Source: Chiloscyllium plagiosum | Taxonomy: Eukaryota | Direction: 5' to 3' | Assembly: GCF_004010195.1 (NCBI RefSeq) | Contig: NC_057711.1 | Coordinates: 73,531,399 to 73,595,398, forward strand | Length of the DNA stretch: 64,000 nucleotides | Notes under the pieces: model-generated | Told to the model about the DNA's origin: nothing | Databases searched by the model: none | The model's input: the letters and a program-made list of their open reading frames with translations, nothing else | Shown here: in pieces, positions 13,867 to 27,512 of the stretch | How the letters are laid out: every line of letters starts with the position of its first letter | How positions within the stretch are numbered: position 1 is the stretch's first letter | Translations under genes and position numbers: made by a program

Positions 13867-14636
13867 ATAGTCATAGAGTCATAGAGATGTACAGCATGGA
13901 AACAGACCCTTCATGTCCCTCCAAACCCTTCCTATTCATATGCCCATTCAAATGCCTCTTAAATGTTGCAATTGTAACAGCCTCCACCACATCCTCTGGC
14001 AGCTCATTCCATACACATACCACTCTCTGCATGAAAAAGTTGCCCCTTAGGACTCTTTTATATCTTTCCCCTCTCAACCTAAACCTATGCCCTCTAGTTT
14101 TGAACTCCCCCACCCCAGGGAAAAGATTTTGTCTATTTATCCTATCCATGCCCCTCATAATTTTGTAAACCTCTATCAGGTCACCCCTCAGCCTCTGACT
14201 GTCCAGGGAAAACAGCCCCAGACTGTTCAGCCTTTCCCTGTAGCACAGATCCTCCAACCCTGGCAACATCCTTGTAAATCTTTTCTGAACCCTTTCAAGT
14301 TTCACAACATCTTTCTGATAGGAAGGAGACCAGAATTGCATGCAATATTCCAACAGTGGCCTAACCAATGTCCTGGTAAAAAGCCGCAACATGATCTCTC
14401 AACACCTGTACTCAATACACTGGCCAATAAAGGAAAGCATACCAAACGCCTTCTTCACTATCCTATCTACCACCACCCTCTGTCTTCTACCTTTGAGCCA
14501 GTTCTGTATCCAAATGGCTAGTTCTCCCTGTATTTCATGAGGTCTAACCTTGCTAATCAGTCTCCCATGGGGAACCTTGTTGGACGCCTTACTGAAATCC
14601 ATATAGATCACATCTACTGCTCTGCCCTCATCAATC
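13867..14636 (-). mobile_element. CR1/HER1 LINE, internally deleted (junction near 14470)
   Basis: ORF 13871-14392 has CR1 C-terminal motifs; IYMDFSKA lies upstream. The middle of RT is missing relative to the copy at 37520-37900. Confidence 0.9.
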
Positions 14637-16610
14637 TCATAGTCCAATAAGGTTTGGGATGAGAACTGTTAAAGGCCAGCACTTGCAAAAATAAAGATAA
14701 CCTGTAAATTGGCAAGAAAATAAAAACATGGCTGTTAAAAGTCACCTGACTATGTTAGTGCCGATTTTACATGGATTACAGTTAGATAAACTCAGATATG
14801 TAAGTCCTCTCATTCAGTAGTTAATGAATTTCTTTGATGACTCATTATGCGACATTGGACATTGACCAGAACAAAAGCTAAGAGACACAGCTGGGAATTG
14901 AGCTGTTTCTAGAATATGAATGCCTTATTTGGAACTTGACTTAGTTTTTTGTTATAAGTCACTCTGCTGCTGTGGTTATCTTGTCAGGAAGAACAGTTGA
15001 AAAGGCAGGCTGACCAGAAAAAGAAGATTCATTGTTGAACCATCCCAGAATAAATCAAAATTTCCAAGCACAAAGACGGAGAGACAGGGACAGACTTCAA
15101 AATAGCCAGCCACTAAACTTTAGCCTGATTAAACCAAAAGCTTCACTGCTTAACTTGAATCATTACAAAATGAAAGGAAATCAACAATTTATGACCACAT
15201 GTTGGATGCACCTATAAGTTGTGATAAGAGCAATGAAACTAAGCAACAGCAATCCTACTGAGAGGGGCAATGGAAGAAAAGCTAAGGGAAAATGGCATGA
15301 GTGAAGGGTATAAGAGGGAAAGGGCAACGAAGAGGGATTATGGAACAGAATTAGAGTCATAAATGCTATGGGTGCGATCTTAGAAAGGCAAAGGGGGCCT
15401 TAGAAAATGGTAAGACCTCTTGTCACATCTCTTTGCAACTGCCCCCTGCATCCTTTTCATTCAGGCACTTGACAGGCCAGTGATTAGTCATCTCCATGAC
15501 CAAAGGTCCTAGAGACAGCAGCCCTGCCACGAAGAGCTGTTAAACAATCAGAAGTGGGCAGCTTTCTCAAATGGTAGTGTCAGTGGGGAGGTAGTGACTG
15601 CAGCTGAAACAACCTCCAACCAAAAAATAAGGAAGCTAACTAGATGGCAGGAAGAGTTAATTGATGGTGGGTGGGATTTGGATGGAGGTAGTTTGGTAGA
15701 AAGGGCAAAGGATTGTTCTTAATTCTTCTTGATGCTAGATCCCTCAATGTGGCACTGAGAGCCTTTGAATGATGTTTCTATCCCAGCAATCTGAAAGCAA
15801 CCCTGCTTGGGTTTACTTGTCATGCTCCCTTTGTGGCAAGCTCCAGTGGTGATTAGATGAAACTTTACATAAGCATAAATAGTGCACTTAAAACATTGTT
15901 GACACAGTGAGAAGATTGTCCATGGACCTTCCCATCCAGGAGTCAATCCAAAAGTGGAAGTTCCCATCTGCAACTCTCCCACCTGATTGAAATAAACTCA
16001 AATGCCTCATTGAAATAAACTCACTGCACATAACGACTCAAGATTCTGGCATGTGACAGCAGCGCGGAAGATTTAGGAGGAGGCAACATATTCAAGGACT
16101 TTTAAGAAGAAAGAGAGATTGGAACTTGGGCTGTGCTTTCCAAGCACAGAGGGGTCGAGACAGAGGTTTATGAGCTGGGGATGATATCAATGATATTGTA
16201 AGAGATGTTGATAATACCTGAACAAAAAAGAATTATTCACAATGTCTATTAAAAAAGGACAGGGAAGGAAAGTTGTGTTTAGTGGGAATGGAGCAAAGAG
16301 GACAGAGCGTGGGTATCATGGACAAGATGAGTTTGGAGGAGATTTGCATAGAATTTATAAATTAGTACTTCCACTATGGAGCTTCACGTGACAAGTAAAT
16401 ATTCAGGCAAGAGACCAATATTGTCTGCATGATTTCTCATCGATGCAAATATATTTCTTTAATCTAAAGAAAAGGTGAAATTAATTGCAGCAATTTCTAC
16501 TGTAATGATCCCTTAAACAGCTTCACTTTATAATGGGCTTTTAAATCATTTTGACCATTTATCAACCGCATTCAAATATTCATAGCTGGTAAACTATGTG
16601 AGTCCCTTAC

Positions 16611-17462
16611 TGGCTCAAAGGTAGAAGACAGAAGATGGTGGTGGAGGGTTGCTGTTCAGACTGGAGGCCTGTGACCAGTGGAGTGCCACAAGATCGGTGC
16701 TGGGCCCTCTACTTTTTGTCATTTACATAAATGATTTGGATGCAAGCATAAGAGGTACAGTTAGTAAGTTTGCAGATGACACCAAAATTGGAGGTGTAGN
16801 NNNNNNNNNNNNNNNNNNNNNNNNNNNNNNNNNNNNNNNNNNNNNNNNNNNNNNNNNNNNNNNNNNNNNNNNNNNNNNNNNNNNNNNNNNNNNNNNNNNN
16901 NNNNNNNNNNNNNNNNNNNNNNNNNNNNNNNNNNNNNNNNNNNNNNNNNNNNNNNNNNNNNNNNNNNNNNNNNNNNNNNNNNNNNNNNNNNNNNNNNNNN
17001 NNNNNNNNNNNNNNNNNNNNNNNNNNNNNNNNNNNNNNNNNNNNNNNNNNNNNNNNNNNNNNNNNNNNNNNNNNNNNNNNNNNNNNNNNNNNNNNNNNNN
17101 NNNNNNNNNNNNNNNNNNNNNNNNNNNNNNNNNNNNNNNNNNNNNNNNNNNNNNNNNNNNNNNNNNNNNNNNNNNNNNNNNNNNTGAGAGGGGAAAGATA
17201 TAAAAGAGACCTAAGGGGCAACCTTTTCATGCAGAGGGTGGTACATGTATGGAATGAGCTGCCAGAGGATGTGGTGGAGGCTGGTACAGTTGGAACATTT
17301 AAGAGGCATTTGGATGGGTATATGAATAGGAAGGGTTTGGAGGGATATGGGCCGGGTGCTGGCAAGTGGGACTAGATTGGGTTGGGATATCTGGTCGGCA
17401 TGGACGGATTGGACCGAAGGGTCTGTTTCTATGCTGTACATCTCTATGACTCTATGACTCTA
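16611..17462 (+). mobile_element. CR1/HER1 LINE (contains gap)
   Basis: [24 protein letters not shown] motif; (ctatgact)n tail. Confidence 0.92.
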
Positions 17463-18002
17463 AATGAAAACTTCCATGCCTCTGTTTTCTGCTATTTTTG
17501 TTTAAGGCTAGTTGAGGTTTAGTAACTCTGGTTTCTATTATATCACGTTCTGATAGAATGGCCATGAATAGAGCCCAAAATTACTGGACACCAATACACT
17601 AGTTATGAACAGGGTGCCGGAAGTGGGCCAATCATGTCAGGAATGTAAATCTGAGTGATTTGAACTTATAAAAATATGTAAATCAACCCTTCACCTAATT
17701 TCTAAATAATTGACCCCAGTAAAGTTTCACAAGGTTGCAATGTTGGAGGTAGATGAGCTGATCAGTACTTTTTCTGTTTTTTTTTGCGGGGCTTGAGAGG
17801 ACTAGACATCCCTGAGGTGGGTCAGTTTATCTATGGAGGTAGTGGACTGAAACTAACCACTATCTCAGGTTATAGTCTTCAGTCAAAGTTGTCCTGTCTC
17901 TTACTTTCTGTGCTGACCATCCTTGCCTTGCTGAGTTGTAGCCTATCTTCAGTACTGTAATGGTCAGCAGCCTATTGCCATAAGAGTGTCTATCCTAAGG
18001 AG

Positions 18003-18106
18003 AGTTTTGAGGAGGGGTCACTGGACCTGAAATGTGAAGTCTCTTTTCTCCCCACAGATGCTGCCAGATCTGCTAAGCTTTTCCAGCAAATTCCGCTTTT
18101 GTTTCT
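18003..18106 (+). mobile_element. Degenerate Penelope-like pLTR fragment with decayed hammerhead
   Basis: tTGAGGA-GGGGTC-ACTG-GACCT-GAAA-TGTG followed by cagatgctgccagatctgct..ttttccagca, which is shared with other PLE ends. Confidence 0.6.
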
Positions 18107-18929
18107 GTCCTTAGAAACCCTTTTATCATGCAAATTAAACATGGGCCTGGGGTTGGGACAGCAGGTAGTGAGACAAACTCATCAACATCTGTGAGCTAGT
18201 ACAGGAATGCATTCTGGATCAGAATCTCCATGGGTCTGAGCATTGCTAGTGATTCTGAAATAAAAGTACAGGATATAAATGTGTTTGGTACTGGACAGGG
18301 GACAGACCAACTAAGTATATTATTGTCCTGTATAAAGCCAGACAAATGGGTATCCTACCTACTGGAGAATCAATGGTATGCCCACCGTTTTTGTTCTTGT
18401 GTCAGAATTTTTTTGGAATACAGTACTGATGGCTAAGTACGGACAGAGTTTTAAAAAAACATCAAAGTTGTTTATGGAGAAAATACCATGACACCCAAAG
18501 GGCCGAAAGTTTGGTAAAAAGAAATCTTGTGTATACTTTGAAACATTATTTCTGGAAATGTTTCTAAATGATTTATGAATATGATTTCAAAACGCTGACA
18601 GATTGATCTGTAGTGTGACGCTATGTCACAGTTTTGTCTGTACCCTAGTAAAATTAGGGCTTGCTGTCACAGTCAAGCTGTTTCCTAGATTAAGGATCCT
18701 AGATTCTTCAGGCCTTGTGGACAGGAATCCTGTTCCCCTGTCTTCACACTATACCTTATTAGTTATGCAATCAAGTTCTTGTGTGCCTTGGAGAATTACA
18801 CAAGCAGAGAGGTGGAAGCACTCACCACTTCAAGCATTCATTCTGCCGGCACCATATTTAAAACCAAGCTGCGCACCATTTCAGACATTGCAATCAGGAA
18901 TGATTCCTCAAACTGTGGTGTCCAGGCCT

Positions 18930-19165
18930 CCACATTCAGGAGATGGACTAGACAAAAGGAAAGTAAGTTCCCTGCTTCACAGAGATGGGGATCTAGGAGT
19001 CTGGTTGCGGGAAGTGCAGTACTTTGGCCTGTGGACTGATACACGAGGCCACACCACCCACCCAAGCCAGTCTGCACCCAAATTGAGGCCTGAGGCCTGT
19101 AACCCAAGTGAAACCCCACTGTGCAGGAAGAAAGTCAATGAGTTTCTGGGTTCTGGAAGGATCTT
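18930..19165 (+). mobile_element. Possible degenerate Myb/SANT-like ORF of a PIF/Harbinger-type transposon
   Basis: CRKKVNEF resembles the QCRK(K/R)xNDL helix of Harbinger Myb/SANT proteins, and DGDLGV resembles DLEVL. Weak and frameshifted. Confidence 0.3.
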
Positions 19166-20797
19166 CTCTTGGCTGTCTCATGATCAGTTTGATTCATCAA
19201 CAACAAATGCCTCTGACCAAGGTTCCTGGAATACAACTCTCATTACTGCATACAATATGTCCATTCATCAGCTCTCAACTGCCTAACCCTTCCTACTCTC
19301 TGTGATTGCCACTCACTCACTGGGAACACTTCAACACATCTGCTTCAGCTTCACCACTAACTGCTGTTCCATGCCATTCCATCATACTCAATCCCTCTCT
19401 TTGTCTCACTGTAGGAAAGTTGGGCTAAGATGTCAAGCCCAGTAGTTATGGTGCTGGATATCAGACTCTTCACTTTTTACCAGGAGAAAATATTGGATAT
19501 AGATGGGAAGATTTCAATGACTAGGCAACCAACCCAATAAGCTTCAATATGCTACACTGCTCTCCTTTAACACCAGAGCAAACTCAGTCATAAACTAAAC
19601 TAGCTTCTTCCTTTCTTACACAACTAACGCTTCTTATGTAGGCACTTGCAGCACTCAGGAAACCTGTGTCTGAAGAGACCAGGGCCAGAAACTTTCCATT
19701 CCACCTCTCCTCTGAACCCTCAGAGGATGCCCTATCAAATGCACCCACCACCAGCTCAGAGACTTTCACCTTGGTGTCTTCTCTATCTCGACTAGACTTG
19801 GATACACAATCTGATGGGAACATGACTGACACATCTCTGCAGATTGCTGAGGAAGGAATGCTCCAAGGTCTCTGATAATTGAAGGACTCAGATGTCCCAA
19901 GGATGAAAGCAATTGTAATGGCTAAGTATTGCTCATCTCTCATAATAAACTGACTCCTTGATTGCAGATAGCTCCTAACGTCATGTAACCTTGAACCTTG
20001 ATGCATTTACAAGTGCATCCACAGTGATGTGGAGTACACTCAGGCTAAATGCAATGTATGGGGATTGTGCTGGGGCCTGGCCTGTACACAACATTCTATA
20101 CTTACACCCACCTTATGATTGAGAGTATGGCATCAGTGACAATTCCATATAGCTCTGGAGGGAATGATTTTTTGTGTGAATTTTTCAAAGGAGTGCTCTG
20201 CCATTCAAAACTTGGAGATGTACAATGTGCTTCTCACATGCCCACTCCCCCTCAGTGCAAATGGTTTGCCAAGAAAAGCTTCATAAAGCATTGCTTCTCA
20301 CAGATTTACTGCTGTCCTACCGCATGCTTAAGTCCTTCAGGACAATCTAATAGTCTACACACACTCTGAAATATTGGAGATAATGGATGATATAAGGGTC
20401 AAAAGAAGATTCCTCAGGATTGTTCTCAACCTGTTGACTATCACTTCACACCACAACACTTGGATATGATATTCTGACTGAAACATTGCAATGCTAATTT
20501 ACCCCCTCACTAATTGCTGCTTTTTCCCTAATAATCAGTAGGACATATAATGCGTAGGTCCGTAACAGTGGGATTACCCAAAGACATCAAGCACACAATC
20601 AAATGGTTAATCAGATGGCAACAACAATAGCAAAAGTAACATGTCCATTGCACAAAGTAGGGTCTGTTTGCTTCTTGCCACCAGAACCTTGAAAAATTAA
20701 ACAAAGTCTAAATCAAACTCATTCATTTTGTAAATGATTCACTGGCTTCTCAGGTTTGTTGATGCATTCTTATGTCATACTCTCCTGGACAGCTCTC

Positions 20798-21822
20798 ATA
20801 GAAACATAGAGACATGGAAGATAGGAGTTGGAGGAGGCCATTCTGCCCTTTGTGCCTGGTCTGCTATTCATCACGATCATGGCTGATTGTCCAACTCAAT
20901 AGCCTAATTCTGTTTTCTCCACATAACCTTTGATCCCATTTGCCCTGTGGGCTATATCTAGCTGCCTCTTGAATACATTCAATGTCATGACATCAACTAC
21001 TTCCTGTGCTATTGAATTCCATAGGCTCACCACTCTCTGGGTGAAGAAATGTCTCCTCATCTCTGTCCTAAATGGTTCATCTTGAATCCTCAGACTGTGA
21101 CCCATAGTTCTGGATGCATCTACCATCTGGATCATCCTCCCTGTATCTACCATGTCTAGTCCTGTTAGAATTTTATGAGTCTCAATGAGATCCCCTCCTC
21201 ATTCATCTGAACTCCAGAGAAAACAATCCTAACCTAGTCAATCTCTCCTCATACATCAAACCCGCCAGCCCCGGAATCAGCCTGGTAAACCTTTGCTGCA
21301 CTCCCTCGAGAGCAAGAGCATACTTCCTCAGAAAAGGAGACCAAAACAATATTTTAGGTGTGGCCTCACCAAGACCTTATATAACTGCAACAACTCATCC
21401 CTGTTCCTGTATTTGAAACCTTTTGCAATGAAGGCCAACATACCTTTTGCCTTCTTTAATGCCTGCTGCACCTGCATGCTTACAGTCAACAACTGGTGCA
21501 CAAGGACACCCAGCTCACTCTTCACACTCCCCTCTCCCAATTTACAGCCATTCAAGTAGTAATCTGCGTTCTTGTTTTTGCTTCCAAAGAGAACAACCTC
21601 AAATTTTCCAAATTATACTGCATCTGCCATTGATTTGCCCACTCACAACAACCTGTCCAGGTCATGCTGAAGGATCTCTGCATCTTCGTCACAGTTCACC
21701 TTCCCACCCAAGTTAGTATCATCTGCAAACTTTGAGATGATGCACTTTGTTCCTTCATCCAAATCATTAATATATATAATAAACAGCTGGGGTCCTTGCA
21801 CCGATCCCTGTGTCACCCCACT
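20798..21822 (-). mobile_element. CR1 LINE, different subfamily (distinct 3' UTR)
   Basis: QGSVQGPQLF.IYINDLD..KFADDT; FFTQRVVSLWNS; tail catagaaacatag. Confidence 0.9.
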
Positions 21823-22039
21823 AGCCCAAGGCAATGTTGTGATCCCAATTCTCAACTTCATCTTCAGAAGATTGCTGTCAATCCTCCATTTTGCCTAAAT
21901 GTAGGGCATATGATTACAGCCCTAACCCACCACCACCCTACCCAACACACACCCAGCCTTTGTCAGTTCTAATTGTGAAAGTCACAGCATGCCACAGCCA
22001 CAGATGACACCCTTTCTGTCTCTATTACAAGAGACTGTG

Positions 22040-22509
22040 GATGTGGATGTAGGTTTGCATACTGAGCTGGAAGGTTCCTTTTCAGATGTTTCATAACCAT
22101 ACTAGGTAACATCATCCGTGAGCCTCCGGATGAAGCACTGGTGGTATGGCCCTCTTTCTATTTATGTGTTTAGGTTTCCTTGGGGTGGTGATGTCATTTC
22201 CTGTGTTTCCAACTGGAACTCTATCAACAAACACATTGACTTAGATCACATTTACCATCCCTTGAGAAGAAGAACAGGAAATGACACCACCACAGAAAAT
22301 AACATCACCACAGGAAATGACATCACCACCCCACGAAACCTAAACACATAAATAGAAAGTGGGCCATACCACCAGTGTTTCATCCAGAGGCTCACTGATG
22401 ATGCTACCTAGTAGGGTGACGAAACATCTGAAAATGAACCTTCCAGCAAAGCTAGCAAACCTCCATCCAGAACCTCAACTTGAGCTACAAATCTTCTCAC
22501 AACTTGTTA
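22040..22509 (+). mobile_element. Penelope-like foldback element with inverted pLTR arms (about 22044-22205 / 22308-22469) and two hammerhead motifs
   Basis: Arms are reverse complements. The spacer encodes SNWNSINKHIDLDHIYHPL. Near-TSD acaag(a/t)gactgtg at 22027-22039 and 22510-22522. Confidence 0.85.
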
Positions 22510-22649
22510 ACAAGTGACTGTGTGTTGAAACCTCATCTTAAAAGCCCTATAGTTGGATCCACTATGCCATAATGATGCATCAGCAGCATCTTGTCTTCAT
22601 TCTGTATTAGTGTGAAGGCTTAATAATGATGTCATGTGTCATGTTGGAA

Positions 22650-23345
22650 TGGCATGATGGCTCAGTGGTTAACACAGCTGCCCAAAGTGTTGGGGACTGT
22701 AATGGAAAATTAACAAAATTAAAATTTACTGTGAAATCTGAAAGAGAATACTTTGCTAAATTTAACACTTTGCTGAGCTTTGCAGACATTCAACCTGACC
22801 TAGCAAGCAGTCGAATTCAGCAAAAGCTAAGGAAAACATAAAGACAGTTATGTCCACGGCAAGGGAATGAGAAAATAAGAGCTTGAATGTTTCCCAGCCC
22901 TTATCCTTGAGCATGTAATAAGAATGGTATAAAGGAATATGTGAATTTTTTTCAGTGCCCTTACACAAGGCACCTTTTCCAAGTGTATTGGTCCCCTGCA
23001 TGCAGAGATTAAAAAATAAAGCTTTTTCTTTGTTCTTGCTAGCATTTGAGATGAGTCGATTTAATTTCCACGACAGGGGCCTGGGGTCAATTCCAGCCTT
23101 GATCAACTGTCTTTGTGGAATTTACGCATTCTCTCTATGTTTGTGTTATTTTCCTCCCTCAGTCCAAAGATGTGCAGATTAGGTAGATTTGGCCATGCTA
23201 AATTGCCCAGAGATGGGTAGGCTAGGTGAATTAACCAAGTGCAGTGCAGGTGTAGGTTGGGGGGGGGGGGTGGATCTGGGTAGGATGTTCTTTGGAGGGT
23301 GATGATGGGCTGAATAGCCTGCTTCCACACTGTAAGGATTCTATG
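22650..23345 (+). mobile_element. HE1 SINE split by the solo LTR
   Basis: A-box tggctcagtgg near 22658. The B-box-like ggtcaattcc and the SINE body resume after 23075. Confidence 0.8.
22698..23075 (+). mobile_element. Solo LTR (378 bp) inserted in an HE1 SINE
   Basis: TGTAATGGAAAATTAA...TTAATTTCCACGACA inverted ends; TATAAA 22928; AATAAA 23015; TSD gggac/ggggc; SINE sequence on both sides. Confidence 0.8.
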
Positions 23346-23525
23346 TTTAGAATTGTACTCCTTATCTCCCAGCAGCTATTTGTATTGGATGAGTCAGGGC
23401 AGCTCTGATGAAATCTAGTGCAGATCTCCAAGATTTGGCATGGGTAGTCACATTAATTTGAATATTAAAGACCTTTCTTGTGGTTGGTGACAAGGCATTC
23501 AAGTCACTACAGGTATTACCTTTAG

Positions 23526-26500
23526 GACATCGAACAATACAGCACAGTACAGGTCCTTCAGCCCATGATGTTGTGCTGAGCATTTATCTTAATTTAAGAT
23601 CAACCTAACCTACACAGCCCTCAATTTACTGTCATCCACGTGCTTGTCCAGCAGTCGCTTAAATGTCCCTAATGTCTCTGACTCTACTACCACTGCTGGC
23701 AGTGCATGACATGCACCCACCACTCTCTGCTTAAAGAACTTACCTCTGACATCTCCCCTATACCTTCCTCCAATCACCTTAAAATTAGGACCCCTCATGA
23801 CACCCATTTCTGCCATGGGGAAAAGTCTCTTTCTATCTACTGTATTTGTGCCTCTCATTACCTTGTACTCCTCTATCAAGTCACCTTTCTTAATTTTTGT
23901 CTCCAGTGTGAAAAGCCTTAGCTCACTCAACCTCTCTTCATAAGACAAACCCTTCACTCCAGGCAACATTCTGGTAAATCACCTTGCACCCTCTCTAAAG
24001 CATCTACATTCTTCCTATAATGAGGCAACCAGAACTGAACACAATATTCCAAGTGTGATTTAATGAGGGTTTTATAGAGCTGCACCAAAACCTCGCAGCT
24101 CTTAAATTCAAAACCCCTGTTCATGAAAGCCAAAACACCATACGCTTTCTTAACAACCTGATCAACTTGGGTGGCAACCTTGAAGGATCTATTTATGTGG
24201 ACCCCAAGATCCTGCTGTTCCACAAAATCCATGATCACAACTTCCTTTGCCATGTGGTTGACAATGCCCTCCAGCGCATCTCCTCCACTTCAAGCACCAC
24301 CACCCTTGAACCCCATCCCTTCCAATGCAACAAGGACAGAACCCCCCAGTCCTCACCTTCCACCCCACCAATCTCTGCATACATCGCATTATCTCCCCCC
24401 ACTTCTGCCACCTCCATACGGACCCTACCACCAAAGATATATTTCCCTCCCTATCCCTATCAGCGTTCCTGAGAGACCATTCCCTCCGCGACTCCCTCAT
24501 CAGGTCCACGTCTCCCACCAGCCCACACCCCAATCCTGGCACCTTTCCCTGCCACCGCAGGAAGTGCAAATCCTGTGCCCATACCACTCCCTTCACCTCT
24601 GTCCAAGGCCCCAAGGGATTCTTCCACATCTGTCAGAAATTTACCTGTATCTCTACCAAAGCCATCTTTTGCACCCGTTGCAGCCTGTGTGGTCTCCTCT
24701 ACATTGGGGAGACATGACACCTACTTGCAGATCGTTTCAGAGAACATCTCTGGGACANNNNNNNNNNNNNNNNNNNNNNNNNNNNNNNNNNNNNNNGGAG
24801 ACAGGACACCTACTTGCAGATCGTTTCAGAGAACATTCTGGGACACCTGCAACCACCAACCTTACTGCCCTATGGTTGAACACTTTAACTCCCCCTCCCA
24901 CTCTGTCAAGGACATGCAGGTCCTGGGCCTCCTACACCACCAAACCATTACCACCCGACGCCTGGAGGAGGAATGCCTCACATTTGCCTTGGTACCCTGC
25001 AACCACATGGGATAAATTTGGATTTCAGCAGCTTCCTCATTTCCCCTCCCCCTACATTATCCCAGTCCCAAGCCTCCAACTCAGCACCGCCCTCCGGAAC
25101 TGTCCATCACACCCTCCTCTGACCTATCACTTTCTCCCTCACCTCCATCCACCTATCATTTCCTCAGCTACCCACCCCCACCCTCCTCCCATTTGTCTCT
25201 CAGCCCCTGGCTCACAAGCCTCATTCCTGATGAAGGGCTTATGCCCGAAACATCGATTCTCCTGCTCCTCAGATGCTACCTGTCCGGCTGTGCTTTCCTA
25301 GCAACACACTCTCGACTCTGAACTCCAACATCTGTAGTCCTCACTTTCTCCTAATGTCTTGTTGTAGCCTGCAATAGCCCTCGACACTATTTACAACACC
25401 ACCGACCTTTGTGTCATCAGCAAACTTACTTCTACTTCTTCATCCAAGTCATTTATAAAAAATTCAAAAAGCAGAGGCCCAAGAACAGATCCTTGCGGGA
25501 CACCACTGGTCACCAATCTCCAATTGGAATGCTTTCTATCGACTACCACTCGCTGTCTTCTTTCAACCAGTCAATTCTGTATCCAGACCACCAAATGTCT
25601 CTGTATCCCAGACCTCCTAACTTTCTGAATGAGCCTACTATGGGGAACGTTATCAAATGCCTTACTGAAATCCATGTACACCACATCCACTGCTCGAACT
25701 TTGTCAACTTGTCTCATCATATCCTCAAAGAACTCAATAAGGTTTGTGAGACATGACCTACCCCTCACAAAGCCCTCACTATCTTTAATCAAACTATGCT
25801 TTTCCAAATAGTCATAAATCCTATCTCTTAGAATCCTTTCCACAGATGTAAGACTGACTGGTATATAATTCCTAGGGATTTCCTTTCTTGAACAGAGGAA
25901 CAATATTCGCCTCCCTCCCAATCATCCAGTACTACTCCCGTGGAGAGTGAGAACATAAAGATCATTGCCAAAGGTGCAGCAATCTTATTTTTTGCTTCCC
26001 ACAGTAATCTTGGATTCGCTAGGGACTTATCTATCTTAATGCTTCCCAGAATTTCCAGCACATCCACTTTCTTAATATCAATCTGTTCAAGCCTATTAAC
26101 CTGGTCCACAATGTTCTCACTATCAACAAAGTTCCTCTCTCTAGTGAATACTGAAGCAAAAAACTTATTTAGGGCAACCCCTACCTCTTCAGACTCCAGG
26201 CACAAGTTCCCTCCACTGTTCCGAATTGGCCCTACCCGCTCTCTCTGATCATTCTCTTATTCCTCATTTAAGTGTAGAACACCTTTGGTTTTCCCTAATC
26301 CTTCTGCCAATGCTTTTTATTGCCCTCTCCAAGCTCTCCTCAGTCCATTTTTGAGTTTTTTTCTAGCTACCCTGTAATCCTCTAAAGCTGTGCCAGATCC
26401 TTGCTTCCTCAACCTTATGTAAGCTTCCTTTTTCCTCTTGACAAGAAATTCCTCTGCTCTTGTCATCCTAGGCTCCTTCGCTTTACCATTTCTTTCCTGT

Positions 26501-27512
26501 CTCAGTGGGACAAAGTTATCCAACACTTGCAACAAGTGCTCCTTAAACAATCTCCATATTTCTGTTGTGCGCTTTTTGTAGAACAGTTGTTTCCAATTTA
26601 TAATCCACAGCCCCTGTTTAATAGCAGTATAATTTCCCCTCCCCCAATTAAATATTTCCCATGCAGTCTGTTCCTACCCCTCTCCATGGCTATGGTAAAG
26701 GTGAGGCAGTTGTGGTCACTATCACCAAAATGCTCTCCCACTGAGAGATCCGACACCTGGCCTGGTTCGTTGCCTTACACCAGATCCAATATGGCCTCCC
26801 CATGGATAGGCCTATCTACATATTGAGTCAGGAATCCTTTCTGGACACACCTGACAAAATCGGCTCCATTCAGATCATCTGCACTAAGGAGGTTCCAATC
26901 AATACTGGGGAAGTTGAAGTCACCCATAACAATAACTCTGTTACATCTGCACCTTTCAAAGATCTGCTGTCCAGTCTGTTCTTCCATCTCGCTGCTGCTA
27001 AAGGGGGTGGGGGATGTTTCTACAGAAAACACCCAATAAAGTGACTGCTCCTTTCCTGTTACTGACCTCCATCCATACTGACTCAAAAAAAAACCCTCCT
27101 CAACAACCTTCTTTTCTGAAGCTGTGATGCATTCTCTAATTAATAATGCTATACCCCCTCCTCTTTTACACCCTTCCCCGTTCTTTTTAAAATATCTAAA
27201 CCCTGGAACATCCAGCAACCATTCTGGCTCGTGTGAAATCCATGTTTCCATCATGGCCACAGCATTACAGTTCCAAGTACTGATCCATGCTCGAAGTTCA
27301 TCACTCTCATTCCTGACATTCCTTGCATTGAAACAGACACCGGTTAACCCGTTGCTTTACCATATGAACTGTATATCCTTCCTGACAGACTCACTGCATT
27401 CTATTTCTGTCCGTTCAACAACTATCTTTTCCTCAGATCTATAGCTCTGGTTCCCATTCCCCTGCCAAACTAGTTTAAACCCTCCCTTTAAGTTTCTCTT
27501 TAGTATCCTGCC
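23526..27512 (-). mobile_element. Long degraded CR1 LINE (APE endonuclease plus RT), interrupted by a PLE
   Basis: ETW, GGGIALLI, MGDFNFP, ILDLV endonuclease motifs; SCLTNLIEFFE, VYMDFSKAFD RT motifs; stops and frameshifts. Confidence 0.92.
24231..25352 (+). mobile_element. Penelope-like retroelement 3' part: Cys-rich linker, GIY-YIG endonuclease and pLTR with hammerhead
   Basis: PVLTFHP...GTFPCHRRKCKSC...FTC...IFCTRCSLCGLLYIGET..L.DRFREH. CTGATGA-AGGGC-TTAT-GCCC-GAAA-CATC at 25227-25254. Confidence 0.92.

Noticed and set aside
18603..19286. 227-aa ORF as a host gene
   Set aside because: No coherent domain or splice structure; at most a decayed transposon fragment.
24707..24847. About 50-bp duplication on both sides of an N gap in the PLE
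   Set aside because: Most likely an unmerged contig overlap or haplotype difference.
24171..25301. 376-aa Pro-rich ORF
   Set aside because: Mostly an off-frame reading of the C-rich PLE strand and spans a gap; not a host gene.
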